Of a DNA stretch of 64,000 nucleotides, positions 23,735 to 34,530 are shown one piece after another. The notes under the pieces are model-generated. The model ran no database searches and was not told the DNA's origin. It was given only the letters and a program-made list of their open reading frames with translations. Location: the IMG/VR virus record IMGVR_UViG_3300031992_003405; one strand, 5' to 3'. Positions within the stretch are counted from its first letter, which is position 1. Each line of letters begins with the position of its first letter. Source of the DNA: an uncultured virus (IMG/VR IMGVR_UViG_3300031992_003405) (lineage: Duplodnaviria > Heunggongvirae > Uroviricota > Caudoviricetes). The position numbers and the translations under genes were made by a program.

Positions 23735-24283
23735 ATGAATAGAATAATAAAAAGATTAGCAGCTTATATCGATGATAATGGTAATTTAAATGAAATTATT
23801 GATCAATCGACATCTAAAAAAGATGTGAATGATATTATAAATAGTAATATTGTTTTGTATTCAAGTTCTTCGACAGAATTATCTTTATTTCAATCAGCTT
23901 ATAGATACGAAAGTTTATCCAGTAATTATAAGCAAAAAGATGATAATTATATTGGTTTATGCGGAGCTACTTTTAAAAAAGATAATGATGAATATATAAT
24001 TGAGTGGCATGTTTATAAATTAAAAGAAACCTCAATAATTGAGGCTCTACAAAGATTATATGAATTTTGTGAAGATAATTCATATACATCATATCAAGAA
24101 GAGCAATTAAATATTGCTTTAGAAAATGATATAGAAAAAAAATATTATTATTCATTATTATTTATTTATAAAAATAATGATCAAATAAACTATATAAAAA
24201 AATATTATAGCAAAAATAATACTATTGAACAATTAAAGCAAATTGGTAAATTGAAAATTATTAATTACATTAAAAATCTTTAA
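23735..24283 (+). CDS. hypothetical protein, paralog family D
   Basis: Same first 17 aa as 22008. Confidence 0.78.
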   Translation: MNRIIKRLAAYIDDNGNLNEIIDQSTSKKDVNDIINSNIVLYSSSSTELSLFQSAYRYESLSSNYKQKDDNYIGLCGATFKKDNDEYIIEWHVYKLKETSIIEALQRLYEFCEDNSYTSYQEEQLNIALENDIEKKYYYSLLFIYKNNDQINYIKKYYSKNNTIEQLKQIGKLKIINYIKNL

Positions 24284-25100
24284 TCGCATTTATAATCGGA
24301 AGCATTTTATTATAATAATTATAATTTATTTGTATAAATTGTTGCCAATTATTTATATTCATTTTAATAATATTTTGATATTTAATTTTTATATTATTCC
24401 AATTTTCTTCTATAAATTGGAATAATATAAAAAAATATCTTTCTGTATCTACATGCTTATAACGCTTAACATGTAGTATTTCATTTTGTATATCAGTAAT
24501 TATTATTTTTATAATATTATTAATTATTGATATTTTTTTATTATATTGTTTTATATATTTATTATTTTTATATAAATATACTAATGATTCCGGATACATA
24601 TAATGTCTATATATACCTTTATTAATTTGAATTTGGTATTCTTTTGCTATATATAATACTAATATATGTAAATTTTTTGCGGAAAGTAAATTTTGTATAT
24701 CATAATCATCAAAAAAATAATTTTCTTTTAATCCACTTCGCATTCGTTTTATAATTAAGCTCAATAAGCCAAGATTAATAATTCCTAATGAATTTCGTTT
24801 ATTCTGCTCATTTTGCTTATAATAAAAAGTCTTATATATAATCGTTATTGATTTAAATAATCTTTGTTGATTATAAGTAAAAATTTGATTTAAACTAATA
24901 GCTATTAATGGTAATTTATCACTTATATCTAGTATTAATTTATCAATTATTTCCTTTACAGATTTATTAGGATAAATTAATATTAGTTGATCTAACATAT
25001 TATTAATTTGACGATCATTATACTCATTAATCCATTGATCTTTAATTAAATTTAATTGGTTATCTAAATAAGCATATACAAATATTTTACCATTAAACAT
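24270..25100 (-). CDS. hypothetical protein, family C-like
   Basis: Paralog of 22528 in the same convergent arrangement. Confidence 0.7.
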   Translation of the reverse strand: MFNGKIFVYAYLDNQLNLIKDQWINEYNDRQINNMLDQLILIYPNKSVKEIIDKLILDISDKLPLIAISLNQIFTYNQQRLFKSITIIYKTFYYKQNEQNKRNSLGIINLGLLSLIIKRMRSGLKENYFFDDYDIQNLLSAKNLHILVLYIAKEYQIQINKGIYRHYMYPESLVYLYKNNKYIKQYNKKISIINNIIKIIITDIQNEILHVKRYKHVDTERYFFILFQFIEENWNNIKIKYQNIIKMNINNWQQFIQINYNYYNKMLPIINAIKDF

Positions 25101-25316
25101 TTTTTATCACTTCTTTATTAAATTATATTTAAAAATAAATATTTATATTAATTTTAATATAATAAAAGATAAAAAAAATAAGTTAGATTTATAAATCTAA
25201 CTTATTTTTAATACTAAATTTTTCTAGCGGAAAAGTTATACGATTAGCATAAAAAGATTAGAAATTAATTAGTCTTATTATATAAAAAAATAAGCTGAAT
25301 TTACAAATCTAACTTA

Positions 25317-26528
25317 TTATATATCAAATCCTAATTGTTTATATGCTTCAATGATTTCTTGTATTGATATTTGTCTTATACAATGACTTTGATTCATTGC
25401 GCAACATCCGCCATAAATATATTTTTGTCTATTACATGGACTTAAACTTTTTTGCGGCCGTAAACAAATATTTTTAGTTTTATATGGTTTAAATTGTAAC
25501 CAACTAGATAATTTTTCAGGAAAAGTTTTAAAACTTTCTATACTTTCTTTATAAAATACTATACACGGTTTTTTACAAGCCGCCGCAACATGTGTCATTC
25601 CTGTATCATTACCTATATATAAATTACAATTATTTATTAAATCTATCGATTCCATTAAAGATGTTTTATTTACTAAATTTATATGTTTACATGTTATATA
25701 TTTACTATCTTCAATAGAATCATTTCCGCCTATTACTATTATATTTTCATTATCTATTAATTTTAAAAATTTATTTAATTGTTTTGGAGGATATTTTTTA
25801 AATTTTAATGACCCACCTAAATTAACAATTATATTTTTTTTATCTTTATTAATATATTTTATGATATTTGTATTTTGCGGATAAATATATAAATCATGAT
25901 TAAATGTTGTATTTAAATATTGTTCAATAATATAATAATGTCTATCAATCATATGTGTAATATTTCTAGGAAATTGATATTTATGAGTAATTAATAATTC
26001 ATCATAATGCTCTTTATATTTTTCTTTTGCTTCTTTATTTATAAAATTCTGTTCTGCTTCAGTTAATTCATTTTTATTAATAGAATATTGTAAATATGAA
26101 ATTCTTTTTCTAGCTCCGGAAAAATAATTAAATAATAATGCTGTAGTATTTACTTCAAATGCTTGTAAATGAAAAGCTTTAGAAATAAATATATTCTCTT
26201 TCCATAACTCATTATATATTTTATCAATAATATAATTATAATTCATAAAATCCGGCGTTAAAGAAATTACTTTATCTATATTAAAATTTAATTTAAAAAT
26301 TGTCGCAGCAGAATTATAACATGCTATTATTAAAGGCATATTATAATATTTTTTTAATTCTTTTATAACACCAGAAATTAATATAGCATCACCAATTCCA
26401 TCAAATTGACTAATTAATATCGCATTAGTTTTTTGTTTAATATTCTTAAACAATTTTTCCGCGAGTGGAAACCAATTCTCTATATTTGTATAATCAATTA
26501 ACGATAATTCATTATAAATATTATCCAT
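25317..26528 (-). CDS. glycosyltransferase family 9 (heptosyltransferase-like)
   Basis: ILISQFDGIGDAILIS, LYIGNDTGMTHVAAA, GGCC..SHCIRQI. Confidence 0.88.
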   Translation of the reverse strand: MDNIYNELSLIDYTNIENWFPLAEKLFKNIKQKTNAILISQFDGIGDAILISGVIKELKKYYNMPLIIACYNSAATIFKLNFNIDKVISLTPDFMNYNYIIDKIYNELWKENIFISKAFHLQAFEVNTTALLFNYFSGARKRISYLQYSINKNELTEAEQNFINKEAKEKYKEHYDELLITHKYQFPRNITHMIDRHYYIIEQYLNTTFNHDLYIYPQNTNIIKYINKDKKNIIVNLGGSLKFKKYPPKQLNKFLKLIDNENIIVIGGNDSIEDSKYITCKHINLVNKTSLMESIDLINNCNLYIGNDTGMTHVAAACKKPCIVFYKESIESFKTFPEKLSSWLQFKPYKTKNICLRPQKSLSPCNRQKYIYGGCCAMNQSHCIRQISIQEIIEAYKQLGFDI

Positions 26529-26541
26529 TAATTAACTCCTT

Positions 26542-26871
26542 TTAAGATGTAATGAATAAAACAAAAGAACCAAATAATCCTAATATAACAGGAAATATTA
26601 TAGTAATTTCTTCTACTATTGGATCGCGTACAGTATCTAATAAAATCATTATTAAATCTAACGATATGCACCATATTAAACTTTCAATAATTATTTGTCG
26701 AAATATAAAAGTACTAAGTGTAAAATAATTTAATAATACATAACCGCAAATAAAACTTATTAAAAACAAAAAATTATATGTGATTGACATTATATGAATT
26801 TCATAATGAATTAATTTATTAAGATATTCTTTCATTTGACTATAAAATTTTTTATTCATACCAAACCTCAA
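26542..26871 (-). CDS. small membrane protein
   Basis: Three hydrophobic segments. Confidence 0.55.
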   Translation of the reverse strand: MRFGMNKKFYSQMKEYLNKLIHYEIHIMSITYNFLFLISFICGYVLLNYFTLSTFIFRQIIIESLIWCISLDLIMILLDTVRDPIVEEITIIFPVILGLFGSFVLFITS

Positions 26872-26873
26872 TT

Positions 26874-27584
26874 CTACAATTTATTTAACAATAAAATAGA
26901 ATTTAATTCCATTTTATGCTCATCAGATAATTGGTTATACAATATATATTGACAAAAATATTTATACAAATTTCCTGATTTATACCATTTTTTAATTTTG
27001 TGAAAAACCTTATATATTATTTTATCAGAAATAAACGGATGGAAATAGATATAATAATAAATCATATCCATTTTTGTTCTACAACATCGGTCTAATAAAT
27101 AATCGCCGTGTAATGAAAAAATATCTTTTATATAAATATATAATAAATCTAACATTTGTTTTTGTTGAAGAAAATAAATATCTTTTTCATTTAATTGCGA
27201 ACAATTTTGACAAATTGTATATAATTTATTTACAATTGCATTATTAAAAATATTAAATAATAAATAATAAATTATATTACTATCATTAATTATTTTATTA
27301 AATACTTTATTAAAACCTTTTGCATAAACATTATATATTAATAAATACTGTTGTTCATTATTAATTGATTTATTTATTTTATTTAAAAGATATTGTTGAT
27401 ATTGTATATTATTAGTATTATTTAATAAAGATAAATAAATGACAATATTATGCGATAATAACCTATCAATATAATTATCTATATTTGATATTGATAAAGA
27501 ATATTTATTCATTATTTCCATGAAGCATTTAGGTAAAGTATAGAAGGATATATCATCAAAATATATATATGCTTTTTTACTCAA
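26874..27584 (-). CDS. hypothetical protein, probably the 3' part of a gene starting at 29160 and interrupted by the TnpB element
   Basis: Weak TTG start. An SD (AAGGAG) plus ATG MNLDEYTKQQNI lies at 29160, on the far side of tnpB. Tail NSILLLNKL resembles other families. Confidence 0.55.
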   Translation of the reverse strand: MSKKAYIYFDDISFYTLPKCFMEIMNKYSLSISNIDNYIDRLLSHNIVIYLSLLNNTNNIQYQQYLLNKINKSINNEQQYLLIYNVYAKGFNKVFNKIINDSNIIYYLLFNIFNNAIVNKLYTICQNCSQLNEKDIYFLQQKQMLDLLYIYIKDIFSLHGDYLLDRCCRTKMDMIYYYIYFHPFISDKIIYKVFHKIKKWYKSGNLYKYFCQYILYNQLSDEHKMELNSILLLNKL

Positions 27585-27728
27585 TTCCTTAAAAGAATCA
27601 AATAACTTCTAATCATATATCTCAATCAATCAATAACTCAATTACTCAACAGTAACTGATATAAAGCTAACTAATGTAGTTAGTCATTCATCTATCAATC
27701 AATTAAGACTATAATTAGCTACTCCAAC

Positions 27729-29018
27729 TCATAGAGTCAAAGGCCTAAAGCTAAGGCATCTACTACTTTCTCCAAAAAATAAAAAGCTAACTAAGTTAGC
27801 TTTTTTATTTTTTAAAGGCCGTAGATACGTTATATATTTCACTTCTTCTATTTCTAATTCTTTTATATATATTCTTTTATATATATACTTATTTAATATA
27901 TTCCTTGCGCCATGTATATCTCTGTGACATGTATACCCACAAGTACATCTGTAATTTCTGGTTTTACATTTATTTCTTTTACCGCAACATGGACATGTTT
28001 GACTTGTATAAGACTCATTTATTAATTCTACATCTACTCCTATGGAGTCTAATTTATATTTAATTTGTCTTATATGTTCTCCATAGTTCCATTTACTTAA
28101 TCTACCATTATGCTTCTTACCAGAATTCTTTTTCTTATTTTTACGGGTATTTTTCTCTATACCTCTTATATCTCCTATAACTACTTTACTTATATTATTT
28201 TGTTTAACAAATTTAACTAATTCATTGGTAATCTTATGATTACAATCTTTTATTTGATTATTAGTTTTAATTAGCATTTTTCTTTTTGCACGTTTTAATC
28301 TTTTATAGCGTTTACTGTTCTTTACACATCTACTAAGCATATGATTTAGTTTACCTAAACTTTTATCTTGAAGTCTTCTTAAAGAACGAAGATATCTACC
28401 AGTGATGATACAGTTTTTATTAGTATTAGTATAAGCAGTGATAGAATGGATTTCTCCTAGATCTATACCAGTTATATTATCATTATTAATTTTTATATTA
28501 TTATCTTCTATTTTATACATAAAAGATAATAATAATTGATGTTTATAAATTAATTCTATTTGTTGTATCTGCTTATTTTTTAATTCTTTTACTATATGTT
28601 TAGGTAAAAGAATTTTAATTGTAGATTGATTTTTACGATTAAATCTAGCTAAACTTAATTCTAAGATATTATCCTTAATTTTAAAACCATGAGCTTTCCA
28701 CGTAGTAGGAAAATTATATTTATATTTCCAAGGATATTTATTTTTAAATCCTTTTTTATTAGCCAATAAAGTATCTTCTCTATTTTGAATATATTTTTCT
28801 ACAACAGTTTGTACACTCTCAGAGTATATAGGATAGACATTTTTTAATAAGGCTTTAAGATCAGATTCAGTAATCCATTTACCATTAGTGATAATACGAT
28901 AAAATTTAGATAAATCTAAGATTTTATTCCATATAAGAGCACTGATACGGTTACAAGCGAAAAGACGATTTAAATCGTCTTTTGAGGTATGGAAAGATGA
29001 GTGCAAGCAACGAATCAT
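27729..29018 (-). CDS. tnpB: TnpB RNA-guided endonuclease (IS200/IS605 or IS607 family), no tnpA
   Basis: RuvC-I GIDLGE, VVIGD, ESYTSQTCPCCG...CTCG zinc finger, HRDIHGARNI. Confidence 0.92.
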   Translation of the reverse strand: MIRCLHSSFHTSKDDLNRLFACNRISALIWNKILDLSKFYRIITNGKWITESDLKALLKNVYPIYSESVQTVVEKYIQNREDTLLANKKGFKNKYPWKYKYNFPTTWKAHGFKIKDNILELSLARFNRKNQSTIKILLPKHIVKELKNKQIQQIELIYKHQLLLSFMYKIEDNNIKINNDNITGIDLGEIHSITAYTNTNKNCIITGRYLRSLRRLQDKSLGKLNHMLSRCVKNSKRYKRLKRAKRKMLIKTNNQIKDCNHKITNELVKFVKQNNISKVVIGDIRGIEKNTRKNKKKNSGKKHNGRLSKWNYGEHIRQIKYKLDSIGVDVELINESYTSQTCPCCGKRNKCKTRNYRCTCGYTCHRDIHGARNILNKYIYKRIYIKELEIEEVKYITYLRPLKNKKANLVSFLFFGESSRCLSFRPLTL

Positions 29019-29228
29019 AAGAGATTAATCACCTCTATATAAATATTAATAAAATAATAATAAAAGAGGAAGAATAAAAAAATAGAGGCTAGGTTTTTAA
29101 ATCTTATTTTTTTGAGTAAAAAAATATATTTTGTTGTTTTGTATATTCATCTAAATTCATTTTATATCACTCCTTTTAATTAATTATATTAAAAAAAATA
29201 ATAAAATAAAAAAGACTAGATATTAAAT

Positions 29229-29726
29229 CTAATCTTTAATTTTATTTATATTAGCAAATTCTCCAAAATATTGTATAGCTAATTCATTGTAATATAACGC
29301 AGCTTGTATTTTTCCTTCTTCGGTATAAGGAAATTTTTTAGTTTTTTGCTTACCTTCTATAGTTAATATTACTTTCCAATATTCTTTAATGTATTTATTT
29401 TTTCCTCTAATTTCGCGGTGATAAAAAACTCCTTTGTACCCCGAAGTATTGTTTTTGTATTTTTTCTTATTATATGAATTTTCTTTCATAGTACATATGC
29501 GTAAATTATTTAAACAATTATTTAAAGAATTATTATCAATATGATCTACTATTTGATTTTTATCCGCTTGTATAATTTGCCGGTGCAAAAGAATACGTTT
29601 ATTATTTTCCCAGCGGAAAACATAACCATCGACATTTAATAGCCATTGATATTGATTTAATTCATCAAATAAATGGTCATCAATTATACTAACATATTTA
29701 CTATTAATTAATTTTAAATATTTCAT
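29229..29726 (-). CDS. HNH endonuclease with AP2-like DNA-binding domain
   Basis: LHRQI, VDHIDNNSLNNCLNNLR, NNTSGYKGV, AALYYNELAIQYFGEFA. Confidence 0.88.
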   Translation of the reverse strand: MKYLKLINSKYVSIIDDHLFDELNQYQWLLNVDGYVFRWENNKRILLHRQIIQADKNQIVDHIDNNSLNNCLNNLRICTMKENSYNKKKYKNNTSGYKGVFYHREIRGKNKYIKEYWKVILTIEGKQKTKKFPYTEEGKIQAALYYNELAIQYFGEFANINKIKD

Positions 29727-29932
29727 CCATCAAAAATATATTTAAAAATAAAATATTATTTTTATAAATTTGCAGTTTATATAGATATTAATAATCAAAA
29801 AAATGTAGATTTTTGACTTATAACCAGACGTTAAAAATGTATTATTTTAAATTTTATTAAAAATAAATAAAAAAAATAAAAAGTCAAATTTATAAATTTA
29901 ACTTTTTATTTTTTATATAATTTATATATTTT

Positions 29933-30229
29933 TTATAGAATTGATAAAAATTTATTCATTACTTTATCTTGAATACTATTAATTTCCTCCGCGGAAAATA
30001 CATTCTTGTATTTATCAGGAATATAATTTTGTTTTGCTTTATTTCCATTTAGAGTCTTTGTCACTATATTATAAAACATTCCACATTTATATAATCCTTC
30101 TTCTGTATACGGCGCATCTTTTTTAAATTTTATCATTTTTCCATCAACTGATTTTCTAACTGTTGTTTGCCATATTACTCTTTTACCATCATTCTCTATA
30201 CGCTTATTTACTCCTATTAATTTAACCAT
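29933..30229 (-). CDS. small AP2-like DNA-binding protein
   Basis: LIGV...W...PYTEEG...YN parallels the AP2 part of the neighbouring HNH gene. Confidence 0.5.
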   Translation of the reverse strand: MVKLIGVNKRIENDGKRVIWQTTVRKSVDGKMIKFKKDAPYTEEGLYKCGMFYNIVTKTLNGNKAKQNYIPDKYKNVFSAEEINSIQDKVMNKFLSIL

Positions 30230-30373
30230 TTATAATCAAATCCTTTATTATTCGTTTTATATTTTCAGGAATATATGAATATAATAACATTAATTGATAG
30301 CACTCATTTATTTTACCTTTAGTATATAAATCTATACAATAACTATAATAATCATTTATTGGTCTATTCTTTA

Positions 30374-30655
30374 TTAATAAGTGCTTAACATCAATAGATA
30401 AATAATTATATATATTTTTTTATATACAATAAAATTAAATACTATACCAAATTTTTTAGGTAAATAGATTTCTTTATTTAAATTAATATAAAATTTATCT
30501 ATGTCATAATCATAATTGACTTGGCCTGTAATAATATTTTCATCATGAAAAACATCAATTTGAATTTCTACGATATCTTTATTTAAAATTAATGTTTTAA
30601 ATTTATCTTTTATTATAGGATATCCAGCTAATATTTTAAATATTTTTTGATTCAT
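30374..30655 (-). CDS. hypothetical protein
   Basis: SD AAGGAG, 93 aa. Confidence 0.5.
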   Translation of the reverse strand: MNQKIFKILAGYPIIKDKFKTLILNKDIVEIQIDVFHDENIITGQVNYDYDIDKFYINLNKEIYLPKKFGIVFNFIVYKKIYIIIYLLMLSTY

Positions 30656-30948
30656 ATTTATTACTCCTTTTTTAAAAAATTATTATTTTAGATTATAAAA
30701 AATTAATTGTTTAGATTTTTATAATCTATTTTTTTATAAAACAAGGAGTTGATATAATTGCCTTTATTACCTATAGAAAATACAGAAGAAACGATTATTC
30801 AGTCATTTAATGATATAAATAAATTAAAATTATAGCAACAAAATATTATATTAATAATAAACAATTTATAAAGTCAATAACTGATATTAATAAATTAATT
30901 GACGGATTTATTCAATATATTACTGATAATCCACAAAAAATTGTCGAT

Positions 30949-32622
30949 GTGCTAGCTTTAGATATTAATATAGATAGAGTTAAAGTAATTAATGCTTTTA
31001 TTAATATAGTAAAAACTAATATTAATAATGATAATGATTTATTAATGTCATTTTTGAATAAGTATGTAAATGTTTCACAAAAATTAAATAGCGAAATTCA
31101 AAATAAAATAAATAAAGTTTTACAAATAATTAATACTCCTATTAAATATATTGATTCAATATATGCTGATATATTTTTTGAAAATAAAAAGCAAATATTA
31201 GACAAAACAATTAATGCAAAACAACTTGTAAATAATTTTTTTAAATCTATAAACAATTTTACAGTAGTTCAATGGACTAATTTTATAAAAACATATATGC
31301 ATATTACAATGGAATTTATTGATAACAATGAATTAAATATTATTATTAATGAATTAAAAAATAAATTAAAACAAGAAATTACAGTTCCTATTACCCAAAT
31401 ATATATAGATAATTTCATATTATCTAATACTAAATTTTTTGATTTGGTATATAAACCGGGTACATATGGACACAATAAATCTGATTATACTAAATTTGGT
31501 AAACAGCTATTTAATAAAGTAAAAGAAGAATGTAATAATTATATACAAAGTAATTCAGAAATACAAAATGCTTTATCATTAATATGTAATATAAAGTCTG
31601 GTTTAGGTAAAAATTTCTATATACTTCAATTATTATTAAATCAAGTTACGATGGTAGTTTTATCATATATACAAAATATTAATTCATACTGGGATAAATA
31701 TGATGTTAAGCATTTTATACGTATAGCACTTGAATTATTATCGCCTCAAATAGCAAAGCAATTTAAAACTAATGATTTTAGTGTAATGATTAATCAAATT
31801 ATGCAAGTAATAAAAGATAATTTAGATACTCTTTTACCCAACGTACAGTTTAAAAAACTTCCAAATGGATATTATCGATACAGCTGGATTGATACGCATA
31901 AAGATAAAAGATTTGACGCTAATGAATTATTAAAGTATATTAAAAATAATAAAGATGTAGCAGAATTTTTAGTAAAGCAAGCTTTAAATATTGATTTAAA
32001 TGAATTTCAACAAAAATATGGGATACGCTGGCGCCAATTTATTAATCTTTTATTAAGTCACCCTGAAGCGCTGGATAAATTTCATTTATTAGTTAGAAAA
32101 TATATAGTAGATCTGAATAGAGACATTGTTTTACAAAAATCAAATGAAGTTAATAATATTGATGATGATAATAAAATAATATCAATTGATGAACAAGGAA
32201 ATTTAATTGATACTAAAGGTAATATAGTTAATGATAATTCAAAAGATAAATTAATATTAGATTTCGATCCGCGAAATGATGAACAGCGAGAAAGGCCATT
32301 AGTAGTATTTAGAGAATATTTATCTGATGATATAAATGATTATAAAGACCATATAAAAATTGGTCGCCGCGGAGAAAATCACGGTTCGGTAATAAATCGA
32401 AATAAAAAATTAGTAGAAAAAAGTGTATTTCCCGGCGATGATAACCCTACGTTTGCCTATGCTTATGTTATTGGTAAAATATGTGTTATTGATAATAACC
32501 GTGGAATGTTTCCTTCCGTGGCGGCGGTTAAAGATGCAATAAAACAATCAGGTAAGTTTTCAAAAATTTATATTATGCCGAGCAATGATCCTATATTATT
32601 TAGGTTAGCTCGAAAAATTTAA
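30949..32622 (+). CDS. hypothetical protein family E (true start may be TTG 30759, with a frameshift near 30825)
   Basis: C-terminal RERPLVV...IGRRGENHG...AYVIGKI...FSKIY...FRLARKI. The frame is open from about 30826; SD AAGGAG plus TTG at 30759 is in another frame. Confidence 0.72.
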   Translation: MLALDINIDRVKVINAFINIVKTNINNDNDLLMSFLNKYVNVSQKLNSEIQNKINKVLQIINTPIKYIDSIYADIFFENKKQILDKTINAKQLVNNFFKSINNFTVVQWTNFIKTYMHITMEFIDNNELNIIINELKNKLKQEITVPITQIYIDNFILSNTKFFDLVYKPGTYGHNKSDYTKFGKQLFNKVKEECNNYIQSNSEIQNALSLICNIKSGLGKNFYILQLLLNQVTMVVLSYIQNINSYWDKYDVKHFIRIALELLSPQIAKQFKTNDFSVMINQIMQVIKDNLDTLLPNVQFKKLPNGYYRYSWIDTHKDKRFDANELLKYIKNNKDVAEFLVKQALNIDLNEFQQKYGIRWRQFINLLLSHPEALDKFHLLVRKYIVDLNRDIVLQKSNEVNNIDDDNKIISIDEQGNLIDTKGNIVNDNSKDKLILDFDPRNDEQRERPLVVFREYLSDDINDYKDHIKIGRRGENHGSVINRNKKLVEKSVFPGDDNPTFAYAYVIGKICVIDNNRGMFPSVAAVKDAIKQSGKFSKIYIMPSNDPILFRLARKI

Positions 32623-32707
32623 TATAAAAAGAATAGATTTTTAAAATCTATTTTTTTTATTTATATAATTTAATTTTTAATAATATATAAAAAAGGAGGA
32701 GTTAATA

Positions 32708-33520
32708 ATGATCAAAAATAATACAATTAATAAATTAGAATTATTGCGTGCGCATATATTAGTTAATTCAGCATTAGTAGGATTATTATTCTATACCCTG
32801 CCTATAAAAGAAAATAAGAATATTAAAAATATTGAAATTAAAAATTATTGTTTATACTTTAATCCAAAATATATTGAAAACAATAATATTGAAGATATTG
32901 TTATTAAAATTAGCATAAAGGTTATTCAATTTTATTTTGAATGCGAATATGATGAAGCTTATTGTTTTACTATTTCAGCGTTTATGCAAAGCTATATGTG
33001 GTTTCATCGTGAAAAATATAAATTTTCATACAACAAAAATTTTAATATATTAGCCAATAAGTTAAAAGAAATAAATATAAAAAAAAGCACAATTATTTAT
33101 TGCGCCGAAAAAATTCATCATATAAAATATAGTAATCAATATTTTAATACTACTATTCATAATCTATCATATGATAATAAATTAATTAATCAATTTAACA
33201 AAAATATTATTAATAATATAGATACTTTTCATAATCGTTGTCAAATTTTATTTAAAAATTATCAATTTAATAATATTAAAGAAATTAATAATTTTTTTAA
33301 TATCTATATTAATAATTTTTATCAAATAATTCTATTTTTAAGTATACTGAGATGTAATATGCCTAAAAATTTAGCTTGGATATTTATAAGAGATAATCAA
33401 CATATATTTTCAAATTTTTTTTCAATTATTAATGACATTTATTTTCGAATTAAATCATTTAATACTAAAGAATTTAATGAACGATTTAATAAACTTTGTC
33501 AAGAATTTATTTTAAAATAA
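32708..33520 (+). CDS. hypothetical protein (paralog of 39122..39964)
   Basis: SD AGGAGG; shares YFNP, FECE/D, YMWFHREK and KKSTIIYCA. Confidence 0.72.
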   Translation: MIKNNTINKLELLRAHILVNSALVGLLFYTLPIKENKNIKNIEIKNYCLYFNPKYIENNNIEDIVIKISIKVIQFYFECEYDEAYCFTISAFMQSYMWFHREKYKFSYNKNFNILANKLKEINIKKSTIIYCAEKIHHIKYSNQYFNTTIHNLSYDNKLINQFNKNIINNIDTFHNRCQILFKNYQFNNIKEINNFFNIYINNFYQIILFLSILRCNMPKNLAWIFIRDNQHIFSNFFSIINDIYFRIKSFNTKEFNERFNKLCQEFILK

Positions 33521-33533
33521 TTATTAATAATAA

Positions 33534-34136
33534 TTAAATTTCAATAAAATATTCTTCTTGCATTATTTTTCTTATATAAGTACAAATTAAATTATTAGTA
33601 AATTGTGTATTTTTTGAAAAAAAATAAGTATATCTAGTTGTATTAAGCAATTTATATGGTTCGAATGTATTATGAATTAATATGGTAGCTCGATACATAT
33701 GAGAATTTATATAATTATATAAATAGGCTAATTGTAATTTTATTTGTATTTCATTAAAATTACGTTTTTCACAGAAATTTTTAATTTCATTTATTGCATT
33801 ATTAATAGATTCTTGTGTTAATTTTTGTACATAGAATTCAAATTTACCGATTATATCATCTTTTTTACCTGTAAGACAATATAGTCCTATATTTCCTAAA
33901 TTATTAGTAAATGTATAAGTAAAATGTAAATTAAATTGTTGTATATCATCAATAATAGTATTAATATTAATATCAGATATATTATTATCAGTTATTTTCC
34001 ATAATAATGTATCTGCTTGATTTTGAGAATTGATTTTTTTCAAACAGATATCATTAGGTATCGTGTGGTCATTTTTACTAAAGGCTAATTTTTGCATTAG
34101 TCTTTTTTCATTATTCATTATAAATACTTTTAACAT
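33534..34136 (-). CDS. hypothetical protein, family D-like
   Basis: IGLYCLTGKKD, FEFYVQ; paralog of 39995..40588. Confidence 0.72.
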   Translation of the reverse strand: MLKVFIMNNEKRLMQKLAFSKNDHTIPNDICLKKINSQNQADTLLWKITDNNISDININTIIDDIQQFNLHFTYTFTNNLGNIGLYCLTGKKDDIIGKFEFYVQKLTQESINNAINEIKNFCEKRNFNEIQIKLQLAYLYNYINSHMYRATILIHNTFEPYKLLNTTRYTYFFSKNTQFTNNLICTYIRKIMQEEYFIEI

Positions 34137-34222
34137 TAATTTTCACTCCTCTATATATGATTAAAAAATTAATATTTTTTATATATAAAAAATAAAAAAA
34201 CATTAGGGAGATATAAGTTATA

Positions 34223-34530
34223 ATGAATAAAGAATATACTTGGAAAGCTTTTAAAAAAGACTTACCAGTGTTTGTAAAGAATAATAAAAGAAAAATATTA
34301 GATAGTTATTGGGACATTTCACACGTTATATATATAATATGTGGAAGCATATATATTTTTTCTCATTATTTTACTGATGAAGATAAGAAATCTAAAAGCC
34401 AGCGTGAATTATATTTTATGCTACGCAGATTTTTAGAAGCAAATTCTAATGAATTAAAAAAAATTATTTATCAAATGATTCCGCAATTATCTAAATTTGT
34501 CACTTTTCAGCCACAAGATCCAGATTATGG
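34223..34530 (+). CDS. family E protein, 5' part (interrupted by the TnpB element)
   Basis: SD GGGAG; the ORF runs into the element's left end. Confidence 0.6.
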
